Below, in pieces: positions 43,994-58,243 of a stretch of 64,000 bases of DNA; the first letter of the stretch is position 1; every line of letters begins with the position of its first letter. The translations under genes were made by a program, and so were the position numbers. A model generated the notes under the pieces. That model made no database searches, was not told the origin of the DNA, and was given only the letters and a program-made list of their open reading frames with translations. Source of the stretch: Octopus sinensis (Eukaryota); NCBI RefSeq assembly GCF_006345805.1, contig NC_043003.1:74958001-75022000 (forward strand), given 5' to 3'.

Positions 43994-44076
43994 CACTGAC
44001 AGCTATTTCGATTTTGCTCAAAAGAATTAAATTCTAGCAATTAAAATATTTTATTGGGGAAAATCTCGTCAGGGGA
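43994..44076 (-). ncRNA. Near-intact HHR motif
   Basis: Reverse complement: CTGACGA-GATTTT[44-nt loop]AAAATC-GAAA-T-AGCT-GTC; perfect 6-bp stem II, GUC triplet, stem I poorly paired. Confidence 0.7.
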
Positions 44077-44399
44077 TAATAAAAGACATATCGTTAGGTT
44101 ATTACATGTAATTCTTCCAAATCAGACTGAACCTTTGAAAACATAGAATTTCAAGTGAAATACATTCACAGATCTACAAAATGCAATATTTCTAAATGTC
44201 GCAGAGAGACTTATACAGTAGCAGTACGATAAAGTGATGGCATTTTGCCAACATAATGTGACAGGCCCTGGAAGGGGAAGAACTCTACTGCTATTTATCC
44301 CCAGGAAACACCGTTTCTATTTGGCTATGTGATACGGATTTGTAGAGGGCAATTGGACCCAGGACGGCAGTTACAAGTGGGTGTACTTTGGGATTATTT

Positions 44400-44830
44400 A
44401 CAGGAATGAAAGATGTAATACAAACCCACATCAAAGATTGTAGAAGATCTGATGCAATTTATAAATGCAACGTCCTGACTACATTACACAATTCTACAGC
44501 TATATATATAGGCTCAACGATAAATTTTAAACAGCGATTTGCCACTCATCTCAATTCTGTTAGATACGAGAAACACAGTAAATCCACAACACTCGACACT
44601 CACATACATCATCTCAAAAATAGAAATATTCCCTACATTTTGTCATGGTCCATAATACATTCAGGGCTTCCATACCAAGGTCAACGCGTAGCCTGTAAGC
44701 TATACTTAAAATAGTCATTCCGCATATTAAAACACATCTGCTCGACACTACTAAATATATATAATGGGGCCACAAGTACATGTAACCAACGCTTTTTACA
44801 TACCCTCAGGTTTTACCATAACTCTAAATG
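44400..44830 (+). pseudogene. PLE GIY-YIG endonuclease (third lineage), decayed
   Basis: AIYKC...IYIGST..FKQRFATHLNS.R.EK...STTL..HIHHLK...Y.LSWSII...PY.....CKLYL. Confidence 0.75.
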
Positions 44831-45158
44831 CAGCCTAAATAACCACACAGCATATATCCACCACACCATTTAGGTAATCCACAACAGCCCAACTTCACTT
44901 TATCCCCATATTAATTCCTTTATCTCCATTTTAATTTTTTAATTTTACTTTTTTAACACCCATATCTTATTTTAAAGATCTCAGTCATTTAATACAGCAT
45001 ATATGGACATACAAGCGGATACACGTGCGTGTGTAAATGTATGTGCATGTATATATATGTATGAATGTATATGTATGTAGGTACATGTATGTATATATAT
45101 ATGCACACATATATATATATGTGTGTGTGTGTGCGTGTATATGTGCAAATGTATATGC

Positions 45159-45217
<59 letters not shown>

Positions 45218-45321
45218 GTATATATGTATGTATATATATATATGTGTGTGTGTGTATAAATACATGCATATATATGCATATATATGTGAGTCTGTGTATA
45301 TGAATGCATATGCGCACATCT

Positions 45322-45393
<72 letters not shown>

Positions 45394-46164
45394 CGTATGT
45401 GCACCCGCCCGTATGTCCTTATACCTTCTTTCCTCGTCTCTGATTCTACCTATCAGACTACCCTATCACATACGCCTCTTTATAGAAATTTGATATCCTT
45501 GTATTCTTCTCTCCACTTTCAATTTTACTACTAAAACTAGTACTCAATTTAGTATCACCCCACCCATATTTTTTCTCTATCGATCTCTTAATACAGTCCT
45601 AACATATCTCTCAATTATTCACTCCTTACCTTCTCATCTCTTCCTATCAACCCATTCCCTACTCGTCTGCTTTCCTCCCCTCACATTATCTCCACCACCA
45701 ACTAACACTCTTTTACTCACTTCTTTCACCCTTTCTTCGTTTTTCTTTTGTTTTTTTCACTCTTTTCACTTCTTTTATCCCTCTTTTTATAATTATTGCT
45801 TGTCCTTTTTTCTCACTTCTACCTCTCAGTTTTCTCCTTGTCTTTTTGACCTATCTCCTCATTCTAATAATACACATCTCTCCCCACTAGTCTATCTAAA
45901 AATACCACCAATACATTCTCAAATGTTCATACACACCACAAATTCCCTTTGAATGAGCAACACAGCATCCACATCTCCATACGCAGAAATAAGTATAAAT
46001 GCACTACTATTAGAACTGATATACCATGTACAGGAAGCATATTTAGACTTGTATACAACATATTACTGGAACCGTTTTATATCTTATTTCTTCTTCCATT
46101 CTCTTAGTTCCATGATTCCTTTTTTTGAACTCGAACATTTACCTCTATTTAAACAAATCACATA

Positions 46165-46212
46165 ATTTTTGATGAAAGGATATCCATAATATTCCAGAAA
46201 CAGCTGTAAGAA
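46165..46212 (+). ncRNA. HHR motif at the end of the PLE terminal repeat
   Basis: TTTT-TTGATGA-AA-GGATAT[ccata]ATATTCC-A-GAAAC-AGCT-GTA-AGAA; palindromic ACAGCTGT; C3>U. Confidence 0.6.
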
Positions 46213-46433
46213 TATATCTATATCTCTTTCATTATAAATGTCCTGAAAACTCCTGCGTTTGTTATCTCTTTTTAATATATATATACATGCAAATACAAGA
46301 CCCATATCAAACTCATCACTCGTATCACTATCGAACCAAGAGCTCAACTGCGGTTTCTCCATAGCACTTACATAGCGTTAACTATCACTCTTTTGGTCCT
46401 CCACTACATTATTTATCACCGTTTTGGTATACC

Positions 46434-46528
<95 letters not shown>

Positions 46529-46553
46529 ATCTATATATATATATTATATATAT

Positions 46554-46890
46554 AAAACCCTCTTCGGTCATGAGTGACCATGGGATTGCACCTAGAAAGT
46601 TACCCTCCTAGACACAAGTCCGGGCAAGGTTGTTTATGGAAGACCAGCAGTCGCCCATGCATACCAGCCTTCCCTCTCCACGCCACCAGTGTTATCCAAG
46701 GGAAAGACAAAAGTCGATACAGCTTGGCACCTGTGACGTCGCAACTCATTTCTACAGCTGAGTGAACTGGAGCAAAGTGAAAAGTAATGTGCCTTGCTCA
46801 AGAACACAACACGCAGCCCGGTCCGGGATTCGAGCTCACAACCTCACGATCGTAAGCTCGACGCTCTAACCACTGAGCCATGCGCCTTCA
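46554..46890 (-). mobile_element. SINE family C (tRNA-Arg-like head), well preserved, inside (TA)n
   Basis: Reverse complement: A-box TGGCTCAGTGG, anticodon loop with ACG, B-box GAGCTCGAATCCC; flanked by (TA)n. Confidence 0.9.
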
Positions 46891-47345
46891 CTATATATAT
46901 GTATATATGTCTATATATATATATATCTATCCATCTCTCTCTATATATATATATACACACACATACATACACCCATACATACATATATGTATATATATGT
47001 ATATATAATAATTATTATTTACCGCCCTTTGTATATTAATTCAATTTTCAACCTTTTGATTATTAGAGCCATAAGCGACTAGCACATAAGTAAATAATTT
47101 TTTCTGTGACATAAGAAATTTTTCAATCTTGTAAACAAAGTACTTATTTTCAGTTAGTCCTATTTAATTAAATACTATAGAAACACTAGCTATTTCCAAA
47201 TATTTAGCCAATCCAATTGTTTTGTCGCAACTCGATCGATACCGATTTTTTGAAATGGGTGAAGGAACTGTTTTGTAAAGTATGTACGTATATTTTCTTT
47301 TCGTACATGTGATTCTCTCTATGTATATATACATGTATGGATAAG

Positions 47346-47424
<79 letters not shown>

Positions 47425-48055
47425 GGGTGTGTATACATGTAAATGTGTGTATTTCTGCAAGTAACATAAAACTGCTGCCCTTTCTAACTATGATTTATTT
47501 TGTAATTTATCTATTTTTCATTTTAGTTCAATCTGTTTCTTAACTAAATTATACAACTGATCACTGATTTCTTCTCTCATTCATATGATGCTATTTTTGC
47601 TATAACTCTCAATATAACATTTATTTACCAATTATTATTATAATTATATGACCTACCCAATGGCAAAGGTTTATACCGGTATTAGTTGTAAAATGAGATT
47701 CAGTCTGTTGAGATAGTTTTGAAGAAATACGTGTAATAACCTAACGATACCTCTTTTGTACTCCTCTGACAAGATTTTGAACAATAAATAGTTTTAATTA
47801 CTGGAATTTAATTATTTTCGGCAAAATCGAATCTGTTCTAGAGGGACATGTGGAATATTTGCAGTTAATAAATTTTATTAAAGCTACCTCTCCATTTTCT
47901 GGATATTAATTTGAATATTTATAAACCAACATTTATATTTAAACCTATTGTTTTAGAAATATTACTATTCACAACAATTTAATATGTAGCAAACATATTA
48001 TTTCATGGGATATCTTCTATCCCTTGAGGGGTTTTTAACCTCTATTTAAATTTAA

Positions 48056-48096
<41 letters not shown>

Positions 48097-48223
48097 CATA
48101 TATATAGATATTTATGTTTATGTGTATATATATATATGGTGTGTATAATATATATATATATTATATATATATATGTGTATATATATACAGACACACACAC
48201 ACACAGACACACACACACCCACG

Positions 48224-48279
<56 letters not shown>

Positions 48280-51200
48280 TATATTTAAAATATGCGTTGG
48301 GCGTTTTTTAGTTTATGAGAATAACAGTAATATTGAAATATATAGTCCCTGTATCATTATCATCATGATATCAAATGAACAACATTCTAGAATTTCTGTG
48401 TAGGTGTCTAAAGATTTGGAAATACTAATATCGTTAAAGTAATCATCAATGTGGATACGAGTCCATTATAAGAATATTCATATTGTGTATTGGAAGCCAC
48501 TGGCAGCGAATGCTAACATTCCTTACACTCGGTTCTTGAAATTTGCGCCGTTATATTTTTAAAGATCTCTATCTGTTGTATCCAGTTGGAATTAGGTCAC
48601 GAGGGACTACTCGGTACATATACACACGACGGCACTGGGTAATGTATGAGGAACGTGAAACAGATTTAGTGCCTTGATTAATTTCGAGTTTGAAACTGAG
48701 GAGATAAAAATTCATGCACATGTAGAAGGGAAGCTTTTGTGACTGAATGAATGTTTTGATTATAGTTCTTGTAATCTGGATCTATCTCTAGATCCATACT
48801 GGTTGGAACTGCATTGTTATAAGGATAAGTCTGACCAGGATTACTACGAAATCTGCAGGTACCTAAAAATTTTTGAATAGTCGAAGTAAAATGTATGACG
48901 TAGAATATCACCACCGGTTAATTTGACCTCTCCCACGTCGTATTTTGAACCAGCATTTGTCGGACAGACTTAATGACAGTTTTGTTTTTTAATATAATTT
49001 CAATGGTAATTATCTCATCTCACGGGTCATTTCTGCCACCGCATATTTTGAAGAGACCTCAATATCAGGTGTCACCTTTTTTTCACACACATACACCTGT
49101 GGTAAGGAAGATGAAATTATTTCTAGATAGAGTAAAGACATGTTTGGCGCTTGCTAGTTATGTTTTCTCACATCTCGTCTAATTGTCAAAGCTGCTGTCC
49201 TAAACCGAGTATCATGATTCGGGTACTGCTTTCTTGAATGTTACGAAGCATTGAAAACCAAAAACATTCTTCTAACTCTCAATGTGGCTAACGGAAATTC
49301 GAACTTACCTTGTATAGAACTATCAAAGAGTGTAGAGAAATTGGTCGACTTTCTGAGGGAAAGTTTTCGGTTCCATAATGAAAGAAGTCTATGTATTCCA
49401 AAGGACCTCTGATCGATGTCCTTTGCTTTGACTCAAGAATGTATTGACTTACTATTAACAATGGCTAACATGTTCGGTCGGATATATATTTTACAGTAAC
49501 GGATGTGCTGTCAAAGTAGCCTATCGAAGAGCGATGAAATGATTTTGCAATCAGCCTTCACCGTTTCTGAGGTACAATGATTTGTTGAATGGCTGTTAAA
49601 ATGTATACAATGGATCTGACTATCAGTCGAATTCATCCGTAGAATCGGTCAGCCAACTTCATTGGCAAGGATATGCATCCATTTTCTCTGTGTAGCAGAA
49701 AATTATTTGCGTGGTATGCATAACCGAAAATTTGAGGTTAGATTCATCCCTTAATGGAATCCTTACCGAATACTTCGAACACAGTATTCAGGATAATATT
49801 TGAATGGCTTTGGCGTTGATATCATTCAATGCCTATGTAAAATGGTAGTCGAAAATGCACGGTATGGCCCGAAAGTGTGAACATATTCTAGCCTCTGCTT
49901 GGGAGCTTTAAAACAGAGCGAAGGGCAAATCTGTTTAACAGAGCAACTTACGACTAGAAAGCCTGCCTAGTTTGTTGAAATATAAGATGGTTGTGAGTTT
50001 GCAGATTGCTATCATAATTGTATTAATAAAAACAAAGTTTAAAGATCCATAGACAGAAGGAACCTCGCAAGAGAGACATATGTATGCTTCGATATATATA
50101 GAAAAATGTCGAATGTGCATTGCTGGTATGCTTTTGGAGTTACGTTTTCCAATCATAAGTGAACAGGTTGTAAAAGCACGATGACAACAATATTGCAGTC
50201 ATTGGCATTCTAACGAGGTGGATATCATGATCACCTAACACTAATAAATATAATTTCCACCACGTGATTATCCTTAGAATGTCACACCAGAATGTCTTGC
50301 AGTTTATTTATTTACAGATGTGAAATTGCAATGAACGACGCTTGTCTTTCATCTGTATCTCGGGGACATATTAAATCTCTCTTCAATACATGCAGTTTAT
50401 GTCATCGAATAGGGCTTCTACTAACGTGTGTGGCTGTGTCTCACAAGTAGGAAACGCATAATGTCTATTGCTCCTAATTTCCAGCAAGATCATAATAATT
50501 ATATAATTGCCATTAAAGTATATATGGTTATCTTTATGGGTAATATATAATTATAGTATCGATGATATATGAGGGAAGAAACTAGGGAACTTATGGAAAT
50601 GTATGTGTACGATACAGAACTACTGTCAATAACAATGAATAAAGATTACATAATTCAACAACCTATACCCCTTACACAATAGCATTGATTGCTGTACAAC
50701 CGTAAAGGAATTATATATGCACAATACAACAAATATTTTATTACTTAATAATAATCATTAAAGATGGGATGTTGGATAGCATGACACCATGTTTCGACTC
50801 ATTTCCCGATGATTAATTACATTATTCGATGTAATAAATAATACATTTCTATATCTGTGTAATCTGTACAATGTAAATATTCACATACAAACGTGCACAC
50901 AAAAATATGTATACAACGAAACGTATACTTACATACAAATATATTCACTCATACGTACCTGTTCGCATGCACGTGTACAAATGTGTATGAGACCGTGTGT
51001 GAGTGTGTGTGAAATAGAGAGAAATAGAGAGAGAGAGAGAGAACACGGTGGGAGGGAGATTGGGAGATAGAGAGAATGAAAGAAACGGATGAAAGAAGAG
51101 GAGTGAGAGTGAGATAGAAAGACAGAGAAAAAGTGAGAGAGAAGGAAAATAGATAGAGAGGGAAATGGAGAGATTGATGGGGGAGAGATGTGGGGGAGAG

Positions 51201-52346
51201 CATTGATATTTCCAAATTCGCTTCAGAAAACACAGTTCTTTGTTTTTACACGGTCTCGTCTAAAATTGTTCGAGTAAGTATTGCAAACTACTGTCAGTTA
51301 AAGTTTTAATGTTTCTTTCAAAAGAAACGAATTAATATGACTTGTGTTTATTATTTAATAACTAATCTTGTGGTTAATACTGCTAATGCACCGCCTAAAC
51401 TATCGAAATATACAGAAACAAATGAACAGTAAGGTTAATTACGTGTTTGAAAGAACATGGTTGGGCAAAGTAATGAATAGAGATCTCTTGAGTGATCATA
51501 TTGCGAAATTAGCCAATTCCGAGAGCAGAATCCATTATAACTCTAAAAGAAAGAATGCTAACAAACAGAGGGTGAAATCTGTCCGTAAATGATTTTAGGA
51601 AATTCAATGAAATTCCTCTGAATGCGGTCTAGAATGTTAATGTGTGCACTGGCTAATATACCGATCAACTATGAACGAAACTTTCATATGTTCCTATTGT
51701 GCGAGTCTTTTAGTATATTAGTAACTGCTGGTCGCAAATTATGTCCTTATACTGAAATGCATTTTTCTAAAATACTCTAACAACAATAGATGTATATGTG
51801 TTTCCCTAAAGTAATCAACGGCAGCATTGGGATCTCAAATTTGGGGCTGTCAACGGATATTTATTAGCGTGATGTACAAGTTTAAGCTACATGTGCAGAG
51901 AGATGAGGACTTCTTGATTAGAAAAGGGAATTAAGGGCCGTATAATTTGCAGAAGTTTGTACCATTTTTTTGAGGGGTCAGCAAGTAAGCAAGTAATCAC
52001 AGTCTCTTCTGGTATTAAGATGTGTTTTAAAAGTATTAGGGAAATAAGGGGTTGCCTTTCTGCAAAAGAGACTAGGACATTGTTACAAATATCCAGCTGC
52101 GAGATGTAGCAGGGAGACTGGAGTCTACATCGCCCAGCTATGGATAGTGGAGATGATGTATAGAAAGAAAAGCTTCTCCTGGACAGAAACAGAATGGTAG
52201 GGTTTAAATAGGACATTTTCAATGAGTTCTAGATTGGAACAAATCCTACAATCTTAGAGAAATAATGTGAAAATCAATAACATTGCCGTTCCAGTGGTGT
52301 TTCTTTAACTTCGTATTGTATTTCATTCAGTAAACAATAGTTAACT

Positions 52347-52562
52347 TCTTGTGTCATAAGGGTCGGTTTGTTCGTTTCCATGCGTATTAAGTCCCCACCT
52401 GGACGGGACGCCGGTCCGTCGGACGATTATTCCCTTTTGCCAGTTGAATGAAATGAAGTGTTTTGCTCAGGAGCACAACGTGTTGTGCGGCGGTCCAGGA
52501 ATCGAAACCGCAATCTTAGGATCATGAGTCCAACATCCTAACCAGTAAACCACACGCCTCCA
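52347..52562 (-). mobile_element. SINE, family C head with a different tail
   Basis: Reverse complement: head GGAGGCGTGTGGTTTACTGG..GGTTTCGATTCC; tail GACGGACCGGCGTCCCGTCCAGG. Confidence 0.75.
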
Positions 52563-52587
52563 CATTTCAATCACAAATAATCCATTG

Positions 52588-52633
<46 letters not shown>

Positions 52634-53089
52634 GCCCAAGTGCGGTGTTAAATGTACAGATATTTGAACACATACTTGAATACAAAAAACAAAATTGAGA
52701 AGGTATCAAATATGTGCCAGATGTATACAGTAAAATGCCTCATTTAGTAAATATTAATGTACTAGCTTTCTTGAAATGCAAATATCATAGCAAAGGTAGT
52801 AATATATTTATAACATATAACATTCCAGGCAGCGCTCCAGTAAGTTATCTGTATCCAGAAGCATCGCATCCAGACTCAGCTTTGCTAGGAATACTAATGA
52901 ATTTTCATTGAAATTATGCTATGTCATTTTAAACTAAGACATGACATATTTGATAAAATAGTTATGGATACAGTATTGCGTACAGGGTTTCAATGCTGAT
53001 CACACCTGTGATGCCTTTGACTAAATATCTAATTGTTCTGTAAACTTTCACAACTAAACAAAACAAAAACCGGAGTGAACGAACGTTTG

Positions 53090-53470
53090 CATTGTAGAAA
53101 AGTCTAAATTGAAAGAGCAAGCAAGAAATGAGAAGTTAGAGTTAATTATGTAGCTTTATCCAATAAAAATTGTTTCTGATTAATTAGACCTGTTTAGATT
53201 GGTAATTTAAATGTTGAAACACATCGAAGAATGTTGAAATGAATTAATTAATGCAAATTTATAATTACGAAATTTGTGTTTTGAAGATTTTTTTTATATA
53301 ATTAGAAATTAACTTTAGAAATAGCTTTGAAATTTCAATTTAACTCCGTTAAATAATTATTTGACCCTCATTTAACCTGATGGTGTAATAATATCGCAAT
53401 ATTTGCTGTACTAATTAGTCTAATGAATAGGTGATAACATTTCTCTCACTATTTTCAAACGTCAATAAAT
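53090..53470 (+). repeat. AT-rich dispersed repeat, inverted partner of 62870-63240
   Basis: TAGAAATAGCTTTGAAATTTC vs GAAATTTCAAAGCTATTTCTA, plus further colinear blocks. Confidence 0.75.
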
Positions 53471-53639
53471 TGATGTAAAACAGACTCTTTACACTGCTTA
53501 GTTGATTGACCTCCGTTTACTTTGCGAGTTCAGATCCCAAGACGGCACCATTTTACTTTACCATCAAATAAATGTCATGTGTCGGTAGGAATTGCCTTGA
53601 ATATATTTGAATGCAAGGTGCTACGGAGCGTGAATAATG

Positions 53640-54080
53640 TATGTACTTGTATACATTATGGCTGCCCCCTCGTTATCGAGTATGGCCATTGCACGAAGCT
53701 TAACTGTTATTGGTGCTGTGATCGAATGTGACATATTAGCCCAGCTAAAGATCTACAATGTCTTGTACAGAATTGGCAACTAAAACCGTTACCGGTAATA
53801 GCCGGCTGTAGTTGTAACTGGGCTTCATGTACCTTTGTATGTCGTTTAAGTCCTCCTGCCGAATTACACTCTCTTCCACAAGTCCGACAGATATGATTAC
53901 TATGGTGTGTTACACCACCAGTGGCCAGGTTGTCACTCATCAGTCTCGCTTTATGACTACGAAGATGACTTTTGTGTCCAGCTTTACTGACGAAAGTGAT
54001 GACCTCCCTTACCTATACTATACGGACAAACTGTGTCGATAGCCATCTAGAAAAGATTTTACCTGGGGCTAAACAACAGT
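53640..54080 (-). mobile_element. RTE-like LINE 3' end with C-terminal zinc fingers
   Basis: ..KAGHKSHLRSH..HICRTCGRECNSAGGLKRHTKVH..FSCQFCTRHCRSLAGLICHIRSQH*, then GGCCATACTCGATAACGAGGGGCAGCCA, resembling an RTE 3' end. Confidence 0.6.
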
Positions 54081-54108
54081 CATATACTCCTTGTATAAGA
54101 CTGCCTTT

Positions 54109-54240
54109 AGGGCGGCGAGCTGGCAGAGACTCTAACACTTCCGGCAAAATGCATAACGTCCTGAGTTCAATTTCCGCTCAGGTCCACTTCGCGCTTCATC
54201 CTTTTGGGGTGAATAAAATAATATCAATCTAGCACTGGTG
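54109..54240 (+). mobile_element. SINE family A (internally deleted)
   Basis: GGGCGGCGAGCTGGCAGA..GAGTTCAATTTCC..TTCATCCTTTTGGGG. Confidence 0.8.
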
Positions 54241-54552
54241 TTTTATGTTAACTGGTGTTTTATGTTACCCACTGAGATTGCAACACTTGTGCCAAAATTA
54301 GGAAACCATTATCAGCAAACTCTTTATTTAATTATTAACAATTAATTGCACATATAACTTATTCTTGGGTCCTAGCTTTAATACCGAAGTCCTTAGTAAG
54401 ACGAGCAATATCGATATATGTAGTTGAAATATTTTTAGGAGTCAGGTGGATTGTCTCAATTTTTCTCTACCAGATAGTATAGTATTCTAAGATAAGTTCC
54501 TCTGTCTCTCTTTCTCTTTGTATATAATATACATACATATATATATGTATAT

Positions 54553-54604
<52 letters not shown>

Positions 54605-55710
54605 TATCTTTCTCGCTCTTTCACGTGTACCCACACACGCACACATTTTTCTTTCCTCGTTCCTACTACAAATGGTGTCCATATCCTACTTGTGTGTGTG
54701 TGTTCATTTACTTGCTTCGCTCACACTTCTATCAATATATCTTCTCTTTCTCTCTATCGATTATTTTATCTTATTCTTTATATCTCTGCCCTTTATTTGC
54801 TCTCTTTAATCACCTTTCTATTTCCTCCTTTGTCTGTCGTGACACTTAATATCTGTCTTTTAGCTATTTTGACGTACATTTTCAATGCGCGCGACCTTTT
54901 GCCTTTCATCGTCTTCCATACTACACATTCTATCATCTTATCCGTTTCTCGTTAACATCTATTCCGTTTTATATTCGGATTCGTCCATCACATCTGGTTT
55001 GTTTCTCTGTACAGTCCTTCCTGCATTCTCTCACTCACTGTCTCTCACTATGTCTTTTCTGATCCAACTATTACCCTTTATTTCTTCCTTTTCCAAAATA
55101 TGTACCTCATGACTATACCCTGCTTAAAACGAACTATCGTGTCTTTCACTGATTGATCTCTTGGCAGCTTTTTTTAAACTGTTTTGCCTAAAATTAAAAA
55201 TTTAGTTCCTTCTCATGATTTGCCAACGCATTAAACCCTTTATATTGTTATTTTTTTCTTTTGTTTTTTTGACCAAATGACCACGTCCTTTCTTGTTAGC
55301 ATTACCTTCGTACATATGCCGCAATTGTATCGTAGAGCCGAAATTCCGTGTATGTATACAAATATCTGTATCATTTATTATATACTTATTGTTTTCTTTA
55401 CTGCTTTTGATATTTCGGGTTATGTATTTTCCCTTTCAGCCGCAGAAATTGTATTTATTTTAATGTTTGTTCTGAAGGCCTCTTGTGATTTTCGCACTTC
55501 TCAAATTTTTCTTCTTTTGTGCTCGTCTTTCATGTTCACTTGATCGATATTATCAATAAATAGTCGACTTTGCGATGATGTTTGGTCGCTAACTTGGGAG
55601 GAAGGCGTGTGTCCACGTCTTTTGTGAGTGTTGCCTCTTTTCCGCATGTTCGGTCATCGTCTTATTGTATATGTTATACAAACACACACACGTCCCCCCC
55701 CATATATATA

Positions 55711-55759
<49 letters not shown>

Positions 55760-56520
55760 GGTGAGTAAAAAAAGTAAGCAACATTTTGAAACATGAAATT
55801 CATCACAACATATTTCAACAATGCAGAAATTTTATACATCAAAGCAAGCACCATTACAATCACGATATTTTTCACAGGGAGTTACAAATTTGTTTATTCT
55901 AGTAATATAAAAATCTCGAATTTTGGAGGTGATGAACTCTTTGAACGCACTTTCAAATAGGTTTGATCTTTAACACCTTCTCTAGCAGGAAGCGATCAAG
56001 TTGCTTGAAAACGTGGAAGATGGTTCGAGAAAGGTCTAGGAAATGGGCTGGCTGGGGAAGAACATAGTAGCCAAGTTCCCGCAACGTCTGGAAAGTCATT
56101 ACTGAACCGTGTGGTCGAGCTTTGTCATGAAAACTTAGCAGTAGCAATTTCTTGGTCATGTTGGCAATGTCATGTCAATATGCTTCTGCATTAATGGTTT
56201 TTCCGAGTTTTAAGAAGTTATAGTTGAGGAATCCAGCAGTAAAACAAACAGTCACCATAGCTTTTATTTTTTATTATTAGTCAGGTTTTCGGGTCTTCAT
56301 TTTGGTCCAACTACTGCGAAGAACGTTTTTATTATTCTACAGATTTCGCTTTTCATCGCAAGTTACAATACATTTGAGAAATGGGTCGATCTGGCTACGG
56401 AGAAGAAGGTACGGGCAAAACCACATATATACGTGAATATATAAGAAATGTATATAATGTATATAAGAAAATAAAAATGGAAAATACGTACACTTACATG
56501 GTTATAGTATAATTTTTAAT

Positions 56521-56555
56521 GTATTGACCGGTTTCGCGATCGCTATTCATGATAC
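56521..56555 (-). ncRNA. Highly decayed HHR-like motif after the GIY-YIG ORF
   Basis: Reverse complement: GTAT-CATGAATA-GCGATCGC-GAAAC-CG-GTC-AATAC; 3' half canonical, 5' core mutated. Confidence 0.35.
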
Positions 56556-56829
56556 AATGCTTAATTTATATGAAAATATATTTTTTCTTAAGAAATTGGG
56601 TCCATGTTGTTTGTAATGAAATTCACGAATGAAAGATGCTACAAGTTGACAAGTAAAGGTAGGTAATTGGTTGCTATTATTGTTATTGTTGTGTGTAAGG
56701 GAGATAACTGTTTAGGTTTTTGGTGGGGAATAAATGTGTGTACAGAAAGGAGACAGGTTTAAAAAAAGGGGCCTTGTTTAGTTGGGGATTTATGTACAGT
56801 GATGTACTATGTAAAAATATAAAAATTGG

Positions 56830-57384
56830 TTATGCGTGCTTATTAAGACACGTTTTGTATTTTTCAATGAAAAAAGTTTCTTTACTTAAGCGTTCTAGTT
56901 GAGACATTGTTTCTTTGCACTGGTAGAAAGGGATGACTGTAAAATTTGGTTTGATGTTACCTGCACATTTTTCTATGTGTTCACTAAGAGGGACTTGTCT
57001 GTATTGCGGGAAACGGATTTGCTCCTTATGTAGAGTAATTCTCTTCCTCAAAGTTAAACTCGTTTGTCCAATGTACTGATGACTGCAACCCGAGCGGGTT
57101 ATTACATAAATTAGGTTATCAGTGGGACAGGTGAAACTAGTTTTAATTATGAACCTCTGTCCTTGTTTGAAAAGGAAATCCGAGCCTTCAAGCAGGTGGG
57201 GGCAGGTTCCACAGTTCCAGCGTCCACATTTTTCAACCGTTGCTTTCGTGGTTGTTTTGTAAAGCTTCGCATTTGTTAGTAGTCTCTTTAGCGATTTGTC
57301 TTGTTTTTTGCATTTGATGAGTTTGTGTGTTTTCAGGATGTCGTCCATTTCTGGATCTCTAGTTAGTAAAGGGAGAGTTTGCAC
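56830..57384 (-). pseudogene. PLE (Neptune-like) GIY-YIG endonuclease, open 184-aa 3' fragment
   Basis: [10 protein letters not shown]...[38 protein letters not shown]...LSEHIEKC...[14 protein letters not shown]; clear homologue of 14950-15379. Confidence 0.88.
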
Positions 57385-57474
57385 AATAGTTTTGAATACC
57401 TCACTGTTTCTGGGGTTGTGTGTTGATATAAAAAGTAATGTTTTGGTTTGAGGTGTGGTGCAATTTTTTTTGTT

Positions 57475-57584
<110 letters not shown>

Positions 57585-57746
57585 GTGTGTATATATGTAT
57601 ATATATGTGAATATATATATATATATGTACATATATATGTATGTAAATATATATGTATATATATATATATATTATATATATATATGTATGTATCTATATA
57701 TATGTATGTAAATATATATGTATATATATATATATATATATATAAG

Positions 57747-57777
<31 letters not shown>

Positions 57778-57813
57778 AATTGATCAAAATAAAAACATGA
57801 TGCCGAGGATTCA

Positions 57814-57891
57814 GCGGTACATATGTTTCGGGCCTTTATTAGACAGATTTATAACAATGCATAATGTATGTCTGTGGCCTTCTTCAGCCGC
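57814..57891 (-). ncRNA. HHR motif, left arm of the palindrome
   Basis: Exact mirror of 58166-58243. Confidence 0.75.
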
Positions 57892-58165
57892 GCACAACAG
57901 CTTCCACAAGGACATGTGTTACATCAAAAATTCTTGGTTGGGGATGCAAATCCTCTTATTCGCGTACGACATAATGCGGCAACAGCATAGAATTGAAGCG
58001 TCCATCTCTTTCCTCTCTCAATGTAGATTTCTACATTGAGAGAGGAAAGAGATGGACGCTTCAATTCTATGCTGTTGCCGCATTATGTCGTACGCGAATG
58101 AGAGGATTTGCATCCCCAACCAAGAATTTTTGATGTAACACATGTCCTTGTGGAAGCTGTTGTGC

Positions 58166-58243
58166 GCGGCTGAAGAAGGCCACAGACATACATTATGCAT
58201 TGTTATAAATCTGTCTAATAAAGGCCCGAAACATATGTACCGC
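58166..58243 (+). ncRNA. HHR motif, right arm of the palindrome
   Basis: Stem I GCGG/CCGC; core CTGAAGA; stem II GGCC/GGCC (A.C at the base) extended by ACAGA/TCTGT; GAAAC-ATAT-GTA with palindromic ACATATGT. Confidence 0.75.

Noticed and set aside
51887-52222. 111-aa minus-strand ORF, possible LINE remnant
   Set aside because: No diagnostic motif recognised.
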